The notes under the pieces are model-generated. The model worked only from the letters and a program-made list of their open reading frames with translations, was not told the DNA's origin and did no database searches. Source: Synechococcus sp. (GTDB taxonomy: Bacteria; Cyanobacteriota; Cyanobacteriia; PCC-6307; Cyanobiaceae). Taken from it: 64,000 nucleotides of DNA. Positions 62,245 to 64,000 of the stretch are shown here, in pieces. The stretch is taken from assembly GCA_047286485.1 (NCBI GenBank), contig JBJBBH010000005.1, positions 186,056 through 250,055 on the forward strand. Direction: 5' to 3'. Position 1 is the first letter of the stretch; the number at the start of each line of letters is the position of its first letter. The position numbers and the translations under genes were made by a program.

Positions 62245-63384
62245 TCAGTTGATATAGGCACGCCCCTGCTGATCAGCGGCCCGGATGGCATTCGCCACGG
62301 CTGCGGCGGTGACCTCGAAGGGCTCGTTGTGGCTGCTTTCGCCTGGGATCACGGTGCGTTCCGCGATCCGCTGGATGGTCTCCTCGTCGTCGGGGTTGAT
62401 GCCGATCTGCTGCAGCGTCGTGGGTAGCCCCACCGATCGGCAGTAGCTGAAGATCTCGTCAATCTCCGATTGTGGCTGGCCTTCCATCACCAGTTGGGTG
62501 TGCAGTCCGAAGGCAACCTTCTCGCCATGGAGCATCGCGTGGCTTGCTGGGATCTCGCTGATGCCGTTATGAACGGCATGGGCCAGTGCCAGGCCGCCAC
62601 TTTCAAAGCCCAGCCCCGAAAGCAGATTGTTCGCTTCCACAATTCGTTCGAGTGCGGGGGTAGTGGCCTGTGCATCCACGGCGGAGCAGGCAGCGGGGCC
62701 ATCGGCCAGAAGAATGTCGCAGCACAGCTTTGCCAGGGCTGTGGCTGTGGTCGTGGGGTAGCCCCCAACCACATTGCAACTGTGGCTTTGCCGGCAGCTT
62801 CGGGCCTCAAACCAGGTGGCTAACGCATCACCGAAGCCCGCGACCAGCTGACGCTTCGGGGCCCTGGCGACAACCTCCGTATCCACGAGCAGCAGCAGTG
62901 GATGGCGGTTGTAGAAGCGGAAACCCTGCACACCTCCGCCATTGGTGTAAATCACCGACAGGGCACTGCACGGAGAATCGGTGCTCGCCAGGGTGGGGGT
63001 GATCACCACCGGTAGATCCAGTTCATCGGCCACGGCCCTCGCGGTGTCGGAGGTTTTGCCTCCACCAGCACCCACAACGGCTGCAAAGGGATGTGTTGCC
63101 GCCAGGCCGACCAGCCGGTTGATCTCCTTGTCGCAGCATTCACCACCGAAGGCTTCAACCACCGGTGTGATGCCCAGCGGCGGGAGGGTCTCCTTCCAGA
63201 TCCCTGCCAGTGTTCTGCGGGCTGTGCCACCGGCAATGAAGAGCACAGGCCCACTCAGGCCGAGGCGTTTGAGTTCTCTGCCCAGTTCCCAGGTGGCTCC
63301 AGGACCTTGTACGTAACGGCCCGGGGAGGCGAACACGGCCAGAGGCCGTTGGTGATCCCGGCCGAACTCTGTGCGATACCCCAT
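62245..63384 (-). CDS. gldA: NAD+-dependent glycerol dehydrogenase
   Basis: SPGRYVQG, GGEC...EI, GGGKT.DTA.A, PT.ASTD.PCSALSVIY, GDALAT.FE, SGLGFESGGLA.AH..HNG, HGEKVAFG. Confidence 0.9.
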   Translation of the reverse strand: MGYRTEFGRDHQRPLAVFASPGRYVQGPGATWELGRELKRLGLSGPVLFIAGGTARRTLAGIWKETLPPLGITPVVEAFGGECCDKEINRLVGLAATHPFAAVVGAGGGKTSDTARAVADELDLPVVITPTLASTDSPCSALSVIYTNGGGVQGFRFYNRHPLLLLVDTEVVARAPKRQLVAGFGDALATWFEARSCRQSHSCNVVGGYPTTTATALAKLCCDILLADGPAACSAVDAQATTPALERIVEANNLLSGLGFESGGLALAHAVHNGISEIPASHAMLHGEKVAFGLHTQLVMEGQPQSEIDEIFSYCRSVGLPTTLQQIGINPDDEETIQRIAERTVIPGESSHNEPFEVTAAAVANAIRAADQQGRAYIN

Positions 63385-63662
63385 AGCCCATCAAGGCAAT
63401 GCTCTTTCCCTAGCCAGGGCGTGGGGGTCCGTCAGTGATTCGGGGGTTGCGCTGAGATGAACAGGGATTGCCGCTGATTCTTGGCGACCGACATCGGGGT
63501 GTGGTGTGCAGTTGGCTGCTGCTTGGTCGGCAATGAGCCAATAACGTCTCGGAGTTTTTGCAAAGCAATTCAACCCTGCGAGAATGACCCAACAAGATTG
63601 TTTCGTAGAGGTTTCCTGGGCTGGACTATTCCTCGTCATCCAGTTTTGACCAACTGGGCTTG

Positions 63663-64000
63663 ATGCCCAGTGATGACGAAAGAATTGTCGCTGAGTTGGC
63701 GGGATTCAATCCAGATCAGCTCAGCGACCAGGAGCTGTTGCTCTGCAGGGATTATTTGAGTGTTGCTGAGCAGATTGGCTTGTCCGGCCTGCAAAGCACT
63801 GCTGAGTTGAATCAGGTGCGTGAGTTTCTGCGTGATGCGGAGTCGGCAACAGCACGCCCTCCGAATCTCGTGGTGTTCATTCGCGATCAGGTCAAGCCTG
63901 AAGATCTGTGGCTGCCACGCGACTGGGCGAAGGAGAACCTTCCCACTCGCCAGTGGTTGCTTGATAACGGCCTGTCATTTGAAAATTCCTTCACCAATAC
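63663..64000 (+). CDS. Sulfatase-like hydrolase, N-terminal part (runs off the window; not in the ORF track)
   Basis: Open frame MPSDDERIV...RPPNLVVFIRDQ...ENLPTRQWLLDNGLSFENSFTN resembles the sulfatase N-terminus PN......DQ...P....L...G..F.N.FTN. Confidence 0.65.
   Translation, partial: MPSDDERIVAELAGFNPDQLSDQELLLCRDYLSVAEQIGLSGLQSTAELNQVREFLRDAESATARPPNLVVFIRDQVKPEDLWLPRDWAKENLPTRQWLLDNGLSFENSFTN

Overview
This is a 64-kb window from a marine picocyanobacterium, most likely Synechococcus (psaE, pipX, lrtA, sampled core lines about 60% GC). It opens with the 3' end of an rRNA operon (23S, 5S, terminator). A largely core backbone follows: mtnC/mtnB, mutM, psaE, recQ, tRNA-Thr/Tyr, aroQ, miaE, cobI, dusB, der, pipX-pipY-sepF-proC, recO, deoC, lrtA, lipB, aas, pdhC, queA, cysK, two Cys/Met PLP enzymes, rpsD, yidD, murE, nfuA and mqo. 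Several apparently accessory modules sit in this backbone. The two most striking are (1) a pentameric ligand-gated ion channel (ELIC/GLIC-like) translationally coupled to an orphan UrtA-like urea/amide-binding lipoprotein with no ABC permeases, and (2) a lone gene resembling a T7-like cyanopodovirus ssDNA-binding protein whose acidic tail is replaced by a ribbon-helix-helix domain. Other modules are a TreS-like/glpD/glpK cluster plus a GldA glycerol dehydrogenase, an orphan cellulose synthase with a degenerate PilZ domain, a KimA-like K+ importer, an AT-rich DUF1345 gene, an AT-rich RND efflux islet, an alpha/beta-hydrolase broken by a single TAA, and a sulfatase-like gene cut by the right edge. 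All family assignments come from motifs read by eye and recalled family patterns; no database searches were run.
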